Source of the DNA: Octopus sinensis
Lineage: Eukaryota
Reading direction: 5' to 3'
Assembly: GCF_006345805.1 (NCBI RefSeq)
Contig: NC_042998.1
Coordinates: forward strand, 109,864,001 to 109,928,000
Length of the DNA stretch: 64,000 nucleotides
The stretch's first letter is position 1. Each line of letters begins with the position of its first letter. The notes under the pieces are model-generated. The model saw only the letters and a list, made by a program, of their open reading frames with translations, was not told the DNA's origin and searched no databases. Positions 28,411 to 42,974 of the stretch are shown here, in pieces. The position numbers were made by a program, and so were the translations under genes.

Positions 28411-28833
28411 TATATACATATGTAGAGGCATGGTGCATAAAAGTACACATTTATCGTTAGCAGAAAAGAATCTCCTGGTATGGCGCCGGAACAGCCAGAT
28501 CATGAGACTTCTGTACATCTTTAGCAGTGAGATTTGGTTGGTATAGCTTCATTAAACTCTAATGAGATACGCAAACATTCAACTATGAGTGTATTGCATC
28601 GTATAGCAGAAACAGCTGTTAGCTAATGAAGTTCATTACAATTTAATTTCCTTTGACATTTTAACTTCATATTATTTCTCTGTACTCGACTGAAACATTA
28701 TTCTCAAGTATATCCATATTAAGGTTATTAGTAGCGTTAATCCCAAGCGAAATAATATTTACATACATACATATATACATACATACACGTACATACATAC
28801 ATACACTTGTAATATATATATATATATATAATG

Positions 28834-28931
<98 letters not shown>

Positions 28932-28966
28932 CTCTATCTCTCTATCTTCTCTATCTGTCCGGTCTT

Positions 28967-28998
<32 letters not shown>

Positions 28999-29037
28999 CA
29001 TACACACATATATATATATATGTATATATATATATAG

Positions 29038-29068
<31 letters not shown>

Positions 29069-29136
29069 TATATATAATATATATAATATATATATATATA
29101 TATGATATATTATATATATGTATGTGTGTATATGTG

Positions 29137-29169
<33 letters not shown>

Positions 29170-29689
29170 TGTGCTAACGAGTGTGTGATTTTTCTGGCTA
29201 CCTTGCGTATGTATTTTATTATTTTCCATGACGCTGATAGACTTAGAGGCGCTGGAACTACGTGTACATTTTGAAATGTGACATGCGTACACACTGAAAT
29301 ACGCCGTTCGTACACGCAGCCTAGCAGAGTTATTGACGCATTGCTACCCATCTTCTCTCTCCCTCTCTTTTGACATATGCGTAAACTTACATATACAAAG
29401 TACGCAAATACGTGCACGCACACACATATCTTTCTAATTAATTACCAATTGGATATTTATCAGAGTTTATTATTAGAGATCAATTTAATATGTGTAATTG
29501 TGATTTTATCTCTACCAATGAAAAGTCAATATAAATGCATTCTCATTCAGTGAAAGGAATTCTTCATTATGTAAATCCGATATATGTCTAAATAGTGTCA
29601 GTAGATAGTAAAATCAATGTGACCACGAATTGTCAGAAGTTATTAACTGATCGACTGAATACTTTCCTGTATGTTCGCTTCACGCATAA

Positions 29690-30145
29690 AAATGTTGAAG
29701 ACGCTCGATTTGCATTCACGTGGATTCATGTTCAGCCCCACTGCGCTGCCTTGGGGGCAAGTGTTTTCTACCATAACCCCCAGGCCATTCAAAGCCTTAT
29801 GAGTGAATCTGGTAGACAGAAACAGTGGAGACCCGTTGTATACATACATACATACATACATACATACATACATACATACATACATACATACATACATACA
29901 TACATACATACATGCATGCATACATACATGCATACATACATGCATACATGCATGCATACATACATACATACATACATATACATACATGCATACATATGTC
30001 TGGTTGTGTGTGTGTATTTGTGTTTGTGTTTGTCTCCCACACCATCGCTTGGCAGCCGGTGTTTATTCACATTCCCTTCAAGGCCGTAACCCAGCATGGC
30101 CGTTCTTCAATGATTGAATAAAGTAAAAGATCAAAGATTGAAAAA
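29690..30145 (+). mobile_element. CORE-type SINE carrying an internal (TACA)n microsatellite
   Basis: GTTCAGCCCCACTGCGCTGCCTTGGGGGCAAGTGTTTTCTAC (CORE-like), then GGTAGACAGAAAC, a TACA array, GTTTGTCTCCCACACCATCGCTTG and CCCAGCATGGCC...AAGTAAAAGA. Confidence 0.75.
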
Positions 30146-30834
30146 GATTAATTTCGTCTCATATTTCTGCTTTGAATCCAAATTATGCTAGTATTTTCTC
30201 CGCTATTTACGTTTACAGGTTTGGAAAAATAAATATAAAAAATACAGTGAATAAATTGAAAGTGTGAAAAGAGAGATATTTCAGAAAAAAGTTTCTGACG
30301 AAGACTCGCAAAGAGAAGTTTCATTTGTAGGAACAATGGAAAGTTGCAGAAAATTAATATTATTTTTTAAATTCTAACTATGGTTTACAATATGGTTAAT
30401 CATCGTTTATTGATAAGGATAAAAAAAAAGACACACACAAGCTAACAAACAGTATTAATCTCACAATCTCCCACAGTTTAATAGCATTATATTGAGAAAT
30501 AAACACTTTTTGCAATGTTGAATAGCAAAAAGAATCTCACACGAAATCTATGGCAAGGTCTACCACAAGCTAGTGCTCTCGCTCTATCTTTTTAATCATC
30601 ATCTACAAGAATGATCAAGTTGGTATCATCAAATGTTCTATTTGCGCATGCCAAGAATTTAAATGCTTCGTACCTCAGGGGGAAATTTCAAGGCTATGTG
30701 AACGACTCTGAATTTCATTTGAAACATTATAAGCTATTTTATAGCGATGTTCAATTACTTGGTAATCCTATGAAATCACAGGTATTTATCTACATTCTGT
30801 CTAAGAAACATGACAGCAGGTAGATTTATACACA

Positions 30835-31158
30835 CACAAAGAGACACACATATATATACATATACATACATATACACATATACACATACATATACACACA
30901 TATATATATACATATGCATATACATACATATATACAAGTATGTATATGTATATATATGTATATATGTATGTGTGTATGTATATATATGTATATATGTATA
31001 TACAAGTATGTATATGTATATATATATATGTATATGTGTATGTATATATATGTATATATATATGTATATGTATGTATGTGTATATGTATATGTATGTATA
31101 TGTATGCATATGTATATATATGTATATGTATATATATATACATATATATATGTATGTA

Positions 31159-31202
<44 letters not shown>

Positions 31203-31288
31203 CATATATATATATGTATATATATATGTATATATATATATATTATATATATATATAAAACATATATATATATATATGTATATGTACA

Positions 31289-31332
<44 letters not shown>
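30835..31332. repeat. ~500-bp degenerate TA/CA/TG low-complexity tract
   Basis: Directly visible; generates several spurious ORFs. Confidence 0.95.
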
Positions 31333-31333
<1 letters not shown>

Positions 31334-33894
31334 TCTGATTTGGAATGAAAGTTTAACACTGCTATATTAACAAACAGATTCTTGCATTCAAGGTACATTT
31401 AAATAATATCGGAACAAATTTAAGTAACAGATACATATCTAGTAACAAGTAAACAATAGTCAAACATTCAAAATCACGGTATTAATTCTGTGCTACTATG
31501 AATAACGACGTTGGCTCCTTGCTACTCAGCTAGAAAGTATAGTTGTCTAGATCATTAAATACAATAGCATTGGACACCATTCTTGACTAGTAATTTCGAG
31601 TGGTTCTTAATAAATACGAAGATTAAAATCGAGCAAATATTCGGTACTATTCTACGATTATATATTTCTAAAGAATCTCACTGGATGCAGTATGGAAACA
31701 TAGACTGGTAAATATTCCGCCAGTGTGGGATATGAAGATGAGATATAATCAAAACAAGGTTCAACATAGAGTTAAATTTAATGTTTTAATCGACAAAGTG
31801 GAGCATCTGATCTCATCATAGATAAAATGTTAGATCATGACGATGCATCTGGTTTGCCCATTATTAGATTCCTTTTGTTGTTTGCTTGATTTATCATTAA
31901 TGCTAATTATTATTATTACCGATGTTGTTGTTGTTGTTGTTCCTGTGTTTTGGGCTGAATGGTTATATTTTTGCATGGATTACTTTATCAAATGGATTTT
32001 TTTACTAGTGTGTCTGTGTGGGCCTTCTACATAGAAAGGCCATATGTTTTCCCCTTTACTGAGAGAAAATAAACATTACAATTTGGATATATATTTTGCT
32101 GTTGGGAAATTTTTTTATTAAGATGGCATTCGTTGTGGTGGTACTGGTAGGAACAACCTTCTAAAAGAATTTTCGCAGATTAAAAAATATGTCGAAGATG
32201 AATAAAATAAGGAATTAAATTGAAAAACGCAGATATTGAGAAGGAAAAGAAACTTACTGTTTAAAATAAAAATAGTATCCTTTTTTTTTGGCATAGGGAG
32301 CCACAAAGTGTCTCTTGGTGAGGGTGGGCTTTAGGAAAAATAAACACGTGGGAAGCATGCTATGAGAGATAACTTTCTTAAGCGAGTAACAACACGCTGA
32401 AATATAGAAGAGCAATACACTTCTGGATCAACGAACATGGAAGTGGGGTTTCATAGGACCTTAAAAGATAATTTGGTAGTGCCCATGGGTGATGTTCAAC
32501 CGCAGTAAGCATATGTGAGTGTATGCTGCTTTATCTAAAAGACCTCGGACGAAAAATACGATAGGGCGAGTGGGTGTAACAAGCATCAGCTCACAGGCTA
32601 GTGGCAGAATACGAAGGTCACAGCTAGGGTGTGGGTTATTGGGCATTTAACTTGTCATCTTTGCGGCACGCAACTGGAAGGTTGCTAGCGCAGAAATAAA
32701 AAGAAATATTTTCTTGTATGCCTTTGTGTTGATGACTGATGTGTTGTGATGTTCGTTCTTATTGATTAATGTATTTACAAAAGATCATCTTGTTCTTTGT
32801 GAAAAACACATATAGAGTCAATAATTGACTTCAGTTTTCCGAAGCATTTTGTTGATAAGAGATCAATAAAACCTCAGTTTAAGACACTCTTCAAATAAAT
32901 AGCTGTTTTTCTACTAAAATAGTGAATCCCAAAATATCTTGCATCAATGAATGCAATGAATTATTGCAAATCTTGATAAATTCAGAACAAATATTGGAAG
33001 AAGTTAAATATCGAAAGATCCGGAATTTAGAGTCATTATATACTTCTTATAAATTGGCTATAAAACTGAAGCAAACACGGAAGAGAAATTCGCTATAGCT
33101 AAAAGAGTCTAAGATCTCAGCGAATGATAAATAAAATCTACAAAAAAAAAAAACCCGTTTGAAATGTGGGGCAGTAACTAAACATCTAGTAACGAGAAGA
33201 AATGCAATAACAAATGAAATAAATTTTTAAGTGAAAAAATTCAGTACATATTAACATTTTAAGGTTTTGCAAACAAATAGTTACAAATGTGAGGCCAGTT
33301 CGAGGTACCTCATGCTAAAGTCTACATGTCGACTTATTCTGAAGAAATTTCGTTAGATTCTAACCGTGTGGAAACTCGTCGGATAAATTGTGCGTGTTCT
33401 CGAATGGTAGAACTAATCTGTAATTAACTTTAAACGTACTACCTCTATCTTAGAGATTTTATCGGAATAGGTTTACGGCATAATGACAACACGATGCTTT
33501 GGGTCGCGATTCTTAAAGCAGCAAAACATGAATCGTGGTTTCTCCCACACATTGGAAGAGACGAGCGTTATTGTTTTATATATATATATATATATATATA
33601 TGTACATAGATACACGCGCATACAATAGGCGACCATACAGCCGTGGCGTGCTGGGATTCGGTTAGATTGTTTTACCGTTTCGGACATTTCTTTTTCCAAT
33701 TTTCGCCATAATCATGTTTGCCTCGTGTTGATAAATAAAGTATTGAACATTTACTGCTTTGTAGTTTTCTCTCCACCCACTTTCGGTTGTGCTAGATATG
33801 GATAAGAAAGTGATCCCAAGGACCCAAGGCAAATCGAATACAATTTTAAATATATATATTACGGTCGGGTAATATACTTCCCTGCCAAAGTAAT

Positions 33895-34020
33895 TTTTGC
33901 CTTCCATCCTTTCCGGGTCTATAAGATATAATACCAGTCAAGTGCTCAGGTCGAGATAATCAACTAATCACCTCCCTTCAAAATTCTTGGTCTTGTGCAA
34001 AAATTAGAAACATCTTTTAG
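33895..34020 (+). mobile_element. Degenerate SINE remnant (Meta/MESC-like domain and tail)
   Basis: CCTTCCATCCTTTCCGGGTCTATAAGAT...ACCAGTCAAGTGCTCAGGTCGAGATAATC resembles the central domain of the 12.3-kb SINE. Confidence 0.55.
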
Positions 34021-34733
34021 TATTAGTATTGGACAAAATTGTTTGCGGTATTTCTTTCGCTCTGATTTCAAATCTTCACGATGTCAGCTATGCCTTTCAC
34101 CTCTCGGTGATAAAAAAATTAATCAAACTGAGATGGATAAGCATATAAGTCTCTCTTATAGTAAATTAATTGCCCTGTACCTGAAGTAGAAACCAGATTA
34201 AGGCGATGGATCCCTTAAATATACCTTGCAGTATTTCTTAATGCTGTTTACGTTATCAATTTAAATACCACGAAGGTAAATTAGGTTGTCAATTATATAA
34301 AGTACCAGTCAAATACTGGGGTCACTGGCATCGATTACACCCTCCCCTGTATACTGTTTGCCGTGTGTTGAAATTAAGTACGAATATGTGTTAAAATAAT
34401 CCTAGCAATTAGAGTATTTTGCTCTAAGTGGTCTACCCAAATGCCTATAGATACACGACAGTGGCGCTGTATATGTTTATATTATTGTTGGAATGTTTTT
34501 AATTATAATTCTATTCGAATTTAAGCTGGTGCTAAACGACAAAAGCAGGAGAAGCAACGACGAAAACGACAATAACTGAAATGTAAATCAGAGTTCATCG
34601 CAGTACTTCTTTGAAACTGTTGCCTTATAAATTTTGCCCTATTCTCACAAAGATTTTTAATTTCGTTTACCTTAATTTAAATCACGCATTCTACTATAAT
34701 ATGCTTCGACAAATCTTTCATTATCTCTCTCTT

Positions 34734-34777
<44 letters not shown>

Positions 34778-34898
34778 TATATATGAACATGTATATGTGT
34801 GTGTGTGCTTGTAACTACATATACCTATATCTATACTTTTATCTATCCATCCATCCATTCATCTGTTCATCTGTCAGTCTCTCTCTCTCTCTCTCTCT

Positions 34899-34968
<70 letters not shown>

Positions 34969-35994
34969 GTCTGTCTGTCTATAAATGTATGTGTATGTGC
35001 TTGTGTGTGTAAGTGTATGTGTGTGTGTGTGCGCGCACACGCGTATGTGCATGTGTAATGTGTCTCTGTTGTGTGCTTGTTTATATTGGGAACTATTGAA
35101 TTTTAAATGAAGAAACGCGGTAAGTATTTCTGGGCAATTTCTTTGGTAATAGCCGTTTTAGAGATATTCAGTTATTAGAACGGCTATTTTCACTACCTTG
35201 CTGATAATAATAAAATATCAAAGGGAATAAAGAGTTCTGCTGATGTCAAAATTCTACAAATGGACTTATGTAGCATACACTTGTGGCCTGATGAAAACAA
35301 CCTGCTGGAATGTTTCAAGCACTTCTGTATCAAATATCCAATACATTACAAAGTGATGGCGGATTGGGAATTATAACGAGGTAATTACGTAACATTTCAT
35401 GTGTATATTGCTAAAATGGCAACATTTAGAACAATATAACAAGAAGTAATATTATTATTCTGGAAGACACTCATTCAGTCGGCAGAATTAATCCTCCAGT
35501 TGTGATGCGTTCAGAGAATCATGTTCAATACTTAACTGCAAGCAATAAACTGGTTCAACACAAAAGACTGATCCTGTGTAGAAGCTCCCTTCTGGGCGTT
35601 ATTTGAAGGCTCTAATTCTCTAATCCTTGATACAAAGAAGAAAAAGATACACAGTAATTTATGCTGGAAAAAGTCTTGGTGAGGATGCTACTAACCTTGG
35701 CATTGAAAATGGAGCTAATCTTCGAACTGAGAAAAATATACAAATGAAGAGAGCATCAAAAACTCTCATTTAGTAAATTGTATGAACGGGATAAAAGCTA
35801 CTTCAGCATTCATGGCAGTGAACTATCTTGACTACACCTCAATGGCTGAACATAATAATTGCGATCATCACGAATAAGTGCAGGAATACGATACGGAACA
35901 CGATATGCATGCGCATATATATATGCGTGTATGTACGTATATGTGATTCTTTCAGCGTGTGAGTGAGTATGCGTTTGTGTGAGAGCGTGAGTGT

Positions 35995-36058
<64 letters not shown>

Positions 36059-36059
36059 T

Positions 36060-36098
<39 letters not shown>

Positions 36099-36375
36099 TT
36101 GAGAGTGTTAGTGTGTGTATATAAGTGAATGTCTGTTGCAATTTCCGATCGAGAATTTTCCTTAATTGTCCAACTGAACTACATTGACGCTAAATTGGCG
36201 TACAAGTGACTGAGGTAGCTACATGTACACTAAACATAACCCCCAAGCAAAATTATCGTGGCAACGGTAGATGTTTGATTTAGTGTTACAATCTCGCGAT
36301 TGGGCACCCACAGGGACTATGTCGACGCAAATACACACAGAGGCATATATTATATATATATATATTATATATATA

Positions 36376-36417
<42 letters not shown>

Positions 36418-36615
36418 GGTGTACCGTTGGCGATATTTTTCCTCTGTCTTCCCTTCTCTGGATCTTTCCTTCTCCTATGTTTCCGACGAAGAGCTCCGCT
36501 CTAAACGTTAAACCCTCCTATTTTCCTTCTTTCCTGAGCGTCCAATAATAATACTATATTTGTTCCACGTCCTCGCGTTGTTGGGTTTTTTTTGCTTTCT
36601 TGTTTGGATTAACTA
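36418..36615 (+). mobile_element. PLE pLTR-like fragment with degenerate minimal hammerhead
   Basis: GTTT CCGACGA A GAGC TCC GCTC TAAAC GTT AAAC at 36479-36513. Homologous to 49486-49690 (CGTTGGCGA...TTCCTGAGCGT...CCACGTCCTCGCGTT...TTTGGATTA). Flanked by (TA)n on both sides. Confidence 0.75.
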
Positions 36616-36619
36616 TATA

Positions 36620-36654
<35 letters not shown>

Positions 36655-36667
<13 letters not shown>

Positions 36668-36715
36668 TTCCACCTGCCTTCGTCTTTTGTTTATTTTCAT
36701 AAAGCTTCCCGTTAT
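36655..36715 (+). mobile_element. Short pLTR-like 3' stub between (TA)n tracts
   Basis: CTTCGTCTTTTGTTT matches the 3' part of the 27.55-kb fragment. Confidence 0.45.
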
Positions 36716-36762
36716 ATATATATATATACATACATACATGCATACATAATACATACATATAT

Positions 36763-36794
<32 letters not shown>

Positions 36795-37260
36795 CATACA
36801 TACATACATATACATATATATATTAGGAGCTTAGTGGAGGAGTATATCTGCAAATAAGGGAATAACTATATACACACACAGGCATATATATATAAACGGC
36901 CGTAATGCACTGATACCTGGACATCCTTGTCGCTTGTTTGCTATATATATATATAATATATATATATATATATTCATGAAGACTCGCACATTTGTATACG
37001 TGCATCCTGTTTTTGTGTGTGTGTGTGTGTGTGTGTGTTTGATCATCATCAGCAACTGTGTACCTTCATCACGCATCTACTCCCTGACTACTCATGAACC
37101 AAAAATGCGTTCACATTGTGGCCATTGATAAGTGAAACAACGTATATTTTATTAATTGTTTACTTAATTCACAATAATAAAATGAACAAGTGAACAACAG
37201 CTAGTGCGTGTTTTTATTGGCAGAATAAATCTCTCTAGATACAATTAGGCATTATGTATG

Positions 37261-37296
<36 letters not shown>

Positions 37297-37345
37297 TGTA
37301 TGTATGTATGTATGTATGTATGTATACATGTATGTATGTCTGTAT

Positions 37346-37394
<49 letters not shown>

Positions 37395-38690
37395 ACACAC
37401 ACGCGCAGATAGAGATTAAGAGAGAAAGAGAGAGGGTTGCCTATCATTGTAATTCTGTTTTTTTATTTATTTCATTTTGCTTTGTCTTTTATGTCCAAGG
37501 CCATATTTTAGCGTCGCTTTTAATTGTTTGCGCTATAGCTGTTAAGGCCAGACTAAAACATCCGCTTCCTTTCTGAATGATTTATGTATTTCGTAACGAC
37601 TACGGTGTTGTTTATTATTTTTGACGTTGTTTCTTTTGCTGTTGAGTTTCTAGACATTCCACTGAATTAGGAACTTCATGTTTATATCTGTATGGTGAAT
37701 ACCGTGCATAAATATACAATATTCTCTATGATAAGGCTAGTATTTTTCGCTATAAATATGAAGCAATTTCATTCATAGCAGTTCAATCTTTTTACTATAA
37801 TTTTTTTGGTTAAATCATTGGTAAACTCCAAAGGTATAAGAAAGCTGCGTCTCTTTCAGGCACCGATGCTAAACTCAGCCCCAAAATCACATAGGAAGGT
37901 AATTTCTTAAACACACTAACATACCTCTATATTTAGTTGTATTATACTTTACTGTGTGACAGTATATTTATCGTACTTTTCTGTTTCTGAACTTTTCCAC
38001 TTTGTATGTTTATATGAGATATTTTACTATATCATAGCCGTAATTTGAAATTGACTCACTACATACATACATACATACATACATACATACATACATACAT
38101 ACATAATTACATACATACATGGTAGTGTGTTTAAGCAATATATATACACACTATACTATAATGGAGAAAGCTGCTTATTAATTTGGTAAGTAACAATTAC
38201 TAAAAGTACTAAAAGAAAGCTATTATTAAAGGGTTTGACCGTCTGGAAATATTTTTATATATTCTAAGAAATTTCCTATATTTATGAAGTCTATTGAATT
38301 TTGAAAACCCCAATTTCTCGCAAATTTAAATATTCACTGCGTCCATTTCGTCACAAGTTTAAATATTCATCGCATTCACTGCAGAGTATTCCATTTTCAT
38401 TTGCAAAGTCTCTCACTTTCTCTTTTAAGTTTAATTCACTATTAATGTATATCTAATGTAAAAATATTATTTATTGAATGAACACAGGATAGCTGTTAGA
38501 AGAGTCCAGTTAGGTAATTACTGTTAGAAGACGAGGAGAAAAAAAGAAACAAAATATTACCGACAAGTACTCAAAAATTGCACCTTATTCACAGTTTCAA
38601 AATATTATTTATACAGTGACACACGCACACACACACCAATACACACTCGCGTACAGGCATAAAGACACATATACACAAACGTAAGGCAAT

Positions 38691-38725
<35 letters not shown>

Positions 38726-38781
38726 CATGTGTGTGTGTGTGTGTGTGTGCGTGCATGTGTGTGTGTGTGTGTGTGTGCGTG

Positions 38782-38824
<43 letters not shown>

Positions 38825-39319
38825 TATTCACTGCTATTCAATGACAAAACTTCGTGCTGCATCACTTTTAGTGAAGTTTTGTCAGTGAATAGGTTGCGGT
38901 TTTAAAGCGACGAAAATATTTTGACACAAATGAAGTTTTAATGTTGAAGTGAAGCTAACGGTATTTGTGTGTTCTTCAATGGTTTACAAATATCTTCCCA
39001 GCTGCAATTGCTTTTGTTTCACCACATGATCTCAGATCAAGTAACTTGCTATGCAAGTACATCTCCGCAATTTTTAAAAACCACTGTGGATAAACGACCT
39101 TCTTAGGTTCTCCAATATTTTAATTTCTAAACAGAAACAATCGGGGCAGGGAGTGGGTTGCAAAAAATTCCTAATTGTTAAAAATTCATAATTGTTAAAA
39201 AGTATCCATTTTTCTGGATGTTTTGAGGCAACAAAGTCGGGAGCGTATACATCTGCAGTACTGCCCTTTTATTTATACCATTTTTTCATTTCGTGCTTAT
39301 TTCATTCATTGTTTGCAAT

Positions 39320-39375
<56 letters not shown>

Positions 39376-39719
39376 TTTCTCTCTCTCCTCTCTCTCTCAT
39401 ACAAACACACTGTAAAGCTTACAGATGGATTGCTGAATTGAAATCTCTATGTTGCTTCGAGGGGAAAGTATAATTTGACAACATGCTTCTCCCTCTGTTG
39501 TTGGACAACCGTGATGTTTGTTTACGAAAGAGAGATTATGACTGTGATAAAAGAATGAAAGCAATATTTACTAAGCAAGTGAGCACTATTATACAAAGAA
39601 ATAATTAGACGTAAAATATAAAAATTATTAGAAATGAGAATCAAATGTGAAAATATTATCAAGGGGCTAGCAGAAAACCGCCCGAGGGTGGTCTTTTTGC
39701 TTGTATATATATATATATA

Positions 39720-39756
<37 letters not shown>

Positions 39757-39763
<7 letters not shown>

Positions 39764-39875
39764 ATCACGTGACCGACCAGACCATCAGATGTTGCTGCAC
39801 ATCGCTGGTCACAATGCGTTCGCATTGTTTTAGCCTTCGAATGACGCCACCCCGCTGGCTAAGCGAGCAGGCCAA
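39757..39875 (-). mobile_element. Interspersed repeat fragment (probable SINE 3' part) between (TA)n tracts
   Basis: GC-rich 119-bp block flanked by TA arrays and ending in the palindrome TCACGTGATCACGTGA. Family assignment is from memory. Confidence 0.5.
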
Positions 39876-40826
39876 TATATATATATATATATGAATGAAA
39901 TGGTATATTCGAATTTGAAATTTGAAACATCAGTTTTAATATGGACTGAATTTACCTTAAATGATTAACCGTATGAATGTCTAATTTCAGTGTCCAATGA
40001 CATAGACAAGAATGCTAAAGTAACCATCTATGGGTTTGAGAAATAAAAGAACATGTGTAAAGAAAAAGAACATTGTTTGAATATAATAACTAGATCGAAC
40101 CAGTAAATCACTTTTCTTAACCTTCTTAATAAACGATAAGACTTCCATTTTTTTTTGTTCATAAATTCCGCAATATCTAATTCATGTTAAATCTATAATC
40201 ACTTTGTGGTGGCGTTGGTATTACTTTGCTGGTATATGTGGTGACTCTCTTGAGAGACATTTAAGGTGTTAAGTGTTTCTCTATTGGAGATTTTTCCCAC
40301 TTAAAAACACTATTCATCAAAGTAATATCCATTCCCAGGAGGTAGCTACAAATTGTGCATAAAACGCAACTACTACATGCGGCTATAAACATATAGTGGT
40401 ACATTATATTGACTTGGACCCAATATAACCCACCAGAAAATAACGAGTTATCTATCTTTGCTATACTGAAAGACAGCCATGAACTTTGTTCTATATTTCG
40501 GCTTTTGATGGTGTTGCGCATGTGTAGACGACTACACATTGACTATATGACGCTATGAATTCATAAACCCATATTATGCACATTCACATAACGCATAATT
40601 TCCACTCACTAGTTATTCGTGAAAAATGCACATATTTATTTGTTCACTGTTTGAAAGAGAAACTTAAACTGTTAACATAAGCATGATTAATGTACGCCCC
40701 AACATTGGAAGGTTCCCGTTTCTGTTTTTTCTGTTTATTCTGTATTTTCTCCTATTTCGTTTTAATAGTATTTGAGATGTGCCTGCGATAATATAAGTGT
40801 ATTTTCTTCTGATCATGATTACTGAC

Positions 40827-40887
<61 letters not shown>

Positions 40888-41213
40888 AGCATACCTCAGC
40901 CTGCGCCGTTAATTGGTTCCAGGAGACTGGAACCAATCTTTAAGTCGAATTAAGTTGCCTCTAGGGCTAAACCGATAATAACCATTCTCAATTCTGTATT
41001 TTATTTATAAATGCAGCTTGCAATGAAACAGTAAAATAATAGCCCTTTTTAAGCTTAAAAAACAAATTCAGTAATTATTATTATTTTGCAATAATAAAAA
41101 AAAAACTAAATTATTTCAAATTTAACAATACGTACATACAATTTCGTGGTTTACATCGCGGATGTAGATGGCTGTGGATCGTCAACATCAACAGCTGACT
41201 CTGGCTGTTCTTG

Positions 41214-42290
41214 TTATTCAATGCGCTTAAATAACCGGTTGAGAGTTCTTTGAATTGTCTTCTTTTCCCTGAGAATTACATTATAAGGAGCAAAAGCTTC
41301 GTGACAAGCCCCAATAATCTTGGAAAAGCGTTGAGCATTCGGATCCATATCCTCGAACATAGAAAGACCTTTTTCGATATATGCAAATGCTTGCTGCATT
41401 TTCTTAATGGTAAAATTACGTGGCTCAAGTTTGACTTCCTTTTCTTCTTTATTTTGGTGCTCGTGAAACTCTATCAAATCCTCGTTCGTCAGGGGCTGCT
41501 TGTCTCTTTCAAATAAATCTGTGAAATCCTCCTCCTCAAAATCCATTTCCAATTCTTTGCTCGTTGTCACCAAAGTTTTGTTGATGGCAACATTATCAAA
41601 CCACTTAGTTGCGGGTATAGCTTCTTCCATACACCGTTCATAGCCGTGCTCTGTACATCATTCCATGCTACTGCTATGTTCTGTACAGCCTTGTAGATAC
41701 CATATCTCTTCCAAAAGTCACGAAGTTTGATGAACTCATCAAGATCAGTTGCAGCTATTGCTTGCCGCATTGGCTGCAGAAGAGACGTGGTGTTCGGAGG
41801 GAGGTATACCACGGTAATGTTGGGGTCAAAATCTATGATGTTTTGCGGGTGGTCAGCAGTATTATCTAAGATAATTAAAACCTTAAAAAGAATCCCCTTC
41901 TCCCTGCAGTACTTTGAGCTCTGCATCTTTCTTTTTCTTCAGGTCCTCAGAGACAACGCTTTCTTGAATGATTTTTCGACTAACAGTAACACGCTGACGA
42001 TTCAACCTTTCAATCCAAAGAGAAAAAAGACTTTCCATTTGTTCAAAGTTTTTGCCTCTTTTCTTATTGATGACAGTGTTCTTCATCTCTGGGGCTTCAG
42101 ATTTGATATGTGCTAAAATATTGTCCTTATTCTGTACAATCATCGATACAGTTGTCCGACTCATTCCAAAAGATCGTGCAATTGCTACCACTTTTCCACC
42201 TTCTTCATGGCGTTATAACTTAGCCAGTTTATCTTCCAGCATTGTAGCATGACGATTAACAGTTTCACTATGAATTTTCTTAGGAGCCAT
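41214..42290 (-). pseudogene. Tigger-type (TIGD1-like) transposase pseudogene: HTH_psq, CENP-B HTH and partial DDE_1
   Basis: MAPKK...IARSFGMSRTTVSMIVQNKD...MESLFSLWIERLNRQRV; KVLIILDNTADHP...VVYLPPNTTSLLQPM. Contains a stop, frameshifts and deletions. Confidence 0.9.
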
Positions 42291-42403
42291 GGGGGTAAAA
42301 AATAATGTCACAAATGCATGAGAATGAGGAAGTAGCCAATAAACAGATGCAAACAAATCTGTACTCAAAACAATCGCAGGAATAACGAGTGACAACAACG
42401 TCT

Positions 42404-42974
42404 GTGGAGGCGCAATGACCCAGTGGTTAGGGCAGCGGACTCGCGGTCGTAAGAACGCGGTTTCGATTCCCAAACCGGGCATTGCGAGTGTTTATTGAGC
42501 AAAAACACCTAAGCTCCTCGAGGCTCCGGTGGGGGAGACTGGTGCACCCCGCTGTACACTTTCACCACAACTTTCTCTAACTCTTTCTTCCTACTTCTTC
42601 CACAAAGCAGAGGAACCATGGTGTAGCCCACTATGGTGTGGTAAACTTTCAGACCCTAGTCTAGATTGCGAATCCTCTGTACCCCAGGATGGTTCAGCTC
42701 TCCACCCGTTAAAAAGCCACCGTATACGGAATGAGGATAACAACGTAACTTTCGCGCTCGTGCAACCGCCAGTCTATCGCGTGTGGTGGGTGGATCTTCA
42801 AGTTGCCACACGCATTCTTAGTAGCTTAGAGTAGACTCCAATTACAGATTATTCATTGTAGCTAATGGCGTGAGTCCTGATTGGAAGAAGAAGAAGAAGA
42901 AGAAGAAGAAGAAGAAGAAGAAGAAGAAGAAGAAGAAGAAGAAGAAGAAGAAGAAGAAGAAGAAGAAGAAGAAG
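42404..42974 (+). mobile_element. 571-bp tRNA-headed SINE with (AAG)n tail and 9-bp TSD, nested in the Tigger
   Basis: Head GGAGGCGCAATGACCCAGTGGTTAGG...GGTTTCGATTCCC; (AAG)n tail at ~42886-42974; ACAACGTCT at 42395-42403 and 42975-42983. Confidence 0.88.

Noticed and set aside
32684-32706. GCAAC-TGGAAG-GTTGC hairpin followed by TAG as a Helitron 3' end
   Set aside because: Wrong spacing, not followed by T, and no matching 5' end found.
33330-35330. Other CTGANGA hits (33339, 35289)
   Set aside because: They lack either GAAA or stem I; compatible with chance.
40912-40937. 10-bp stem-loop just inside the Tigger end
   Set aside because: Real but short; best treated as transposon subterminal structure.
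42404-42480. tRNA genes at SINE heads (also near 12500 and 63650)
   Set aside because: A/B boxes are present but there is no complete cloverleaf, and each continues into SINE body.
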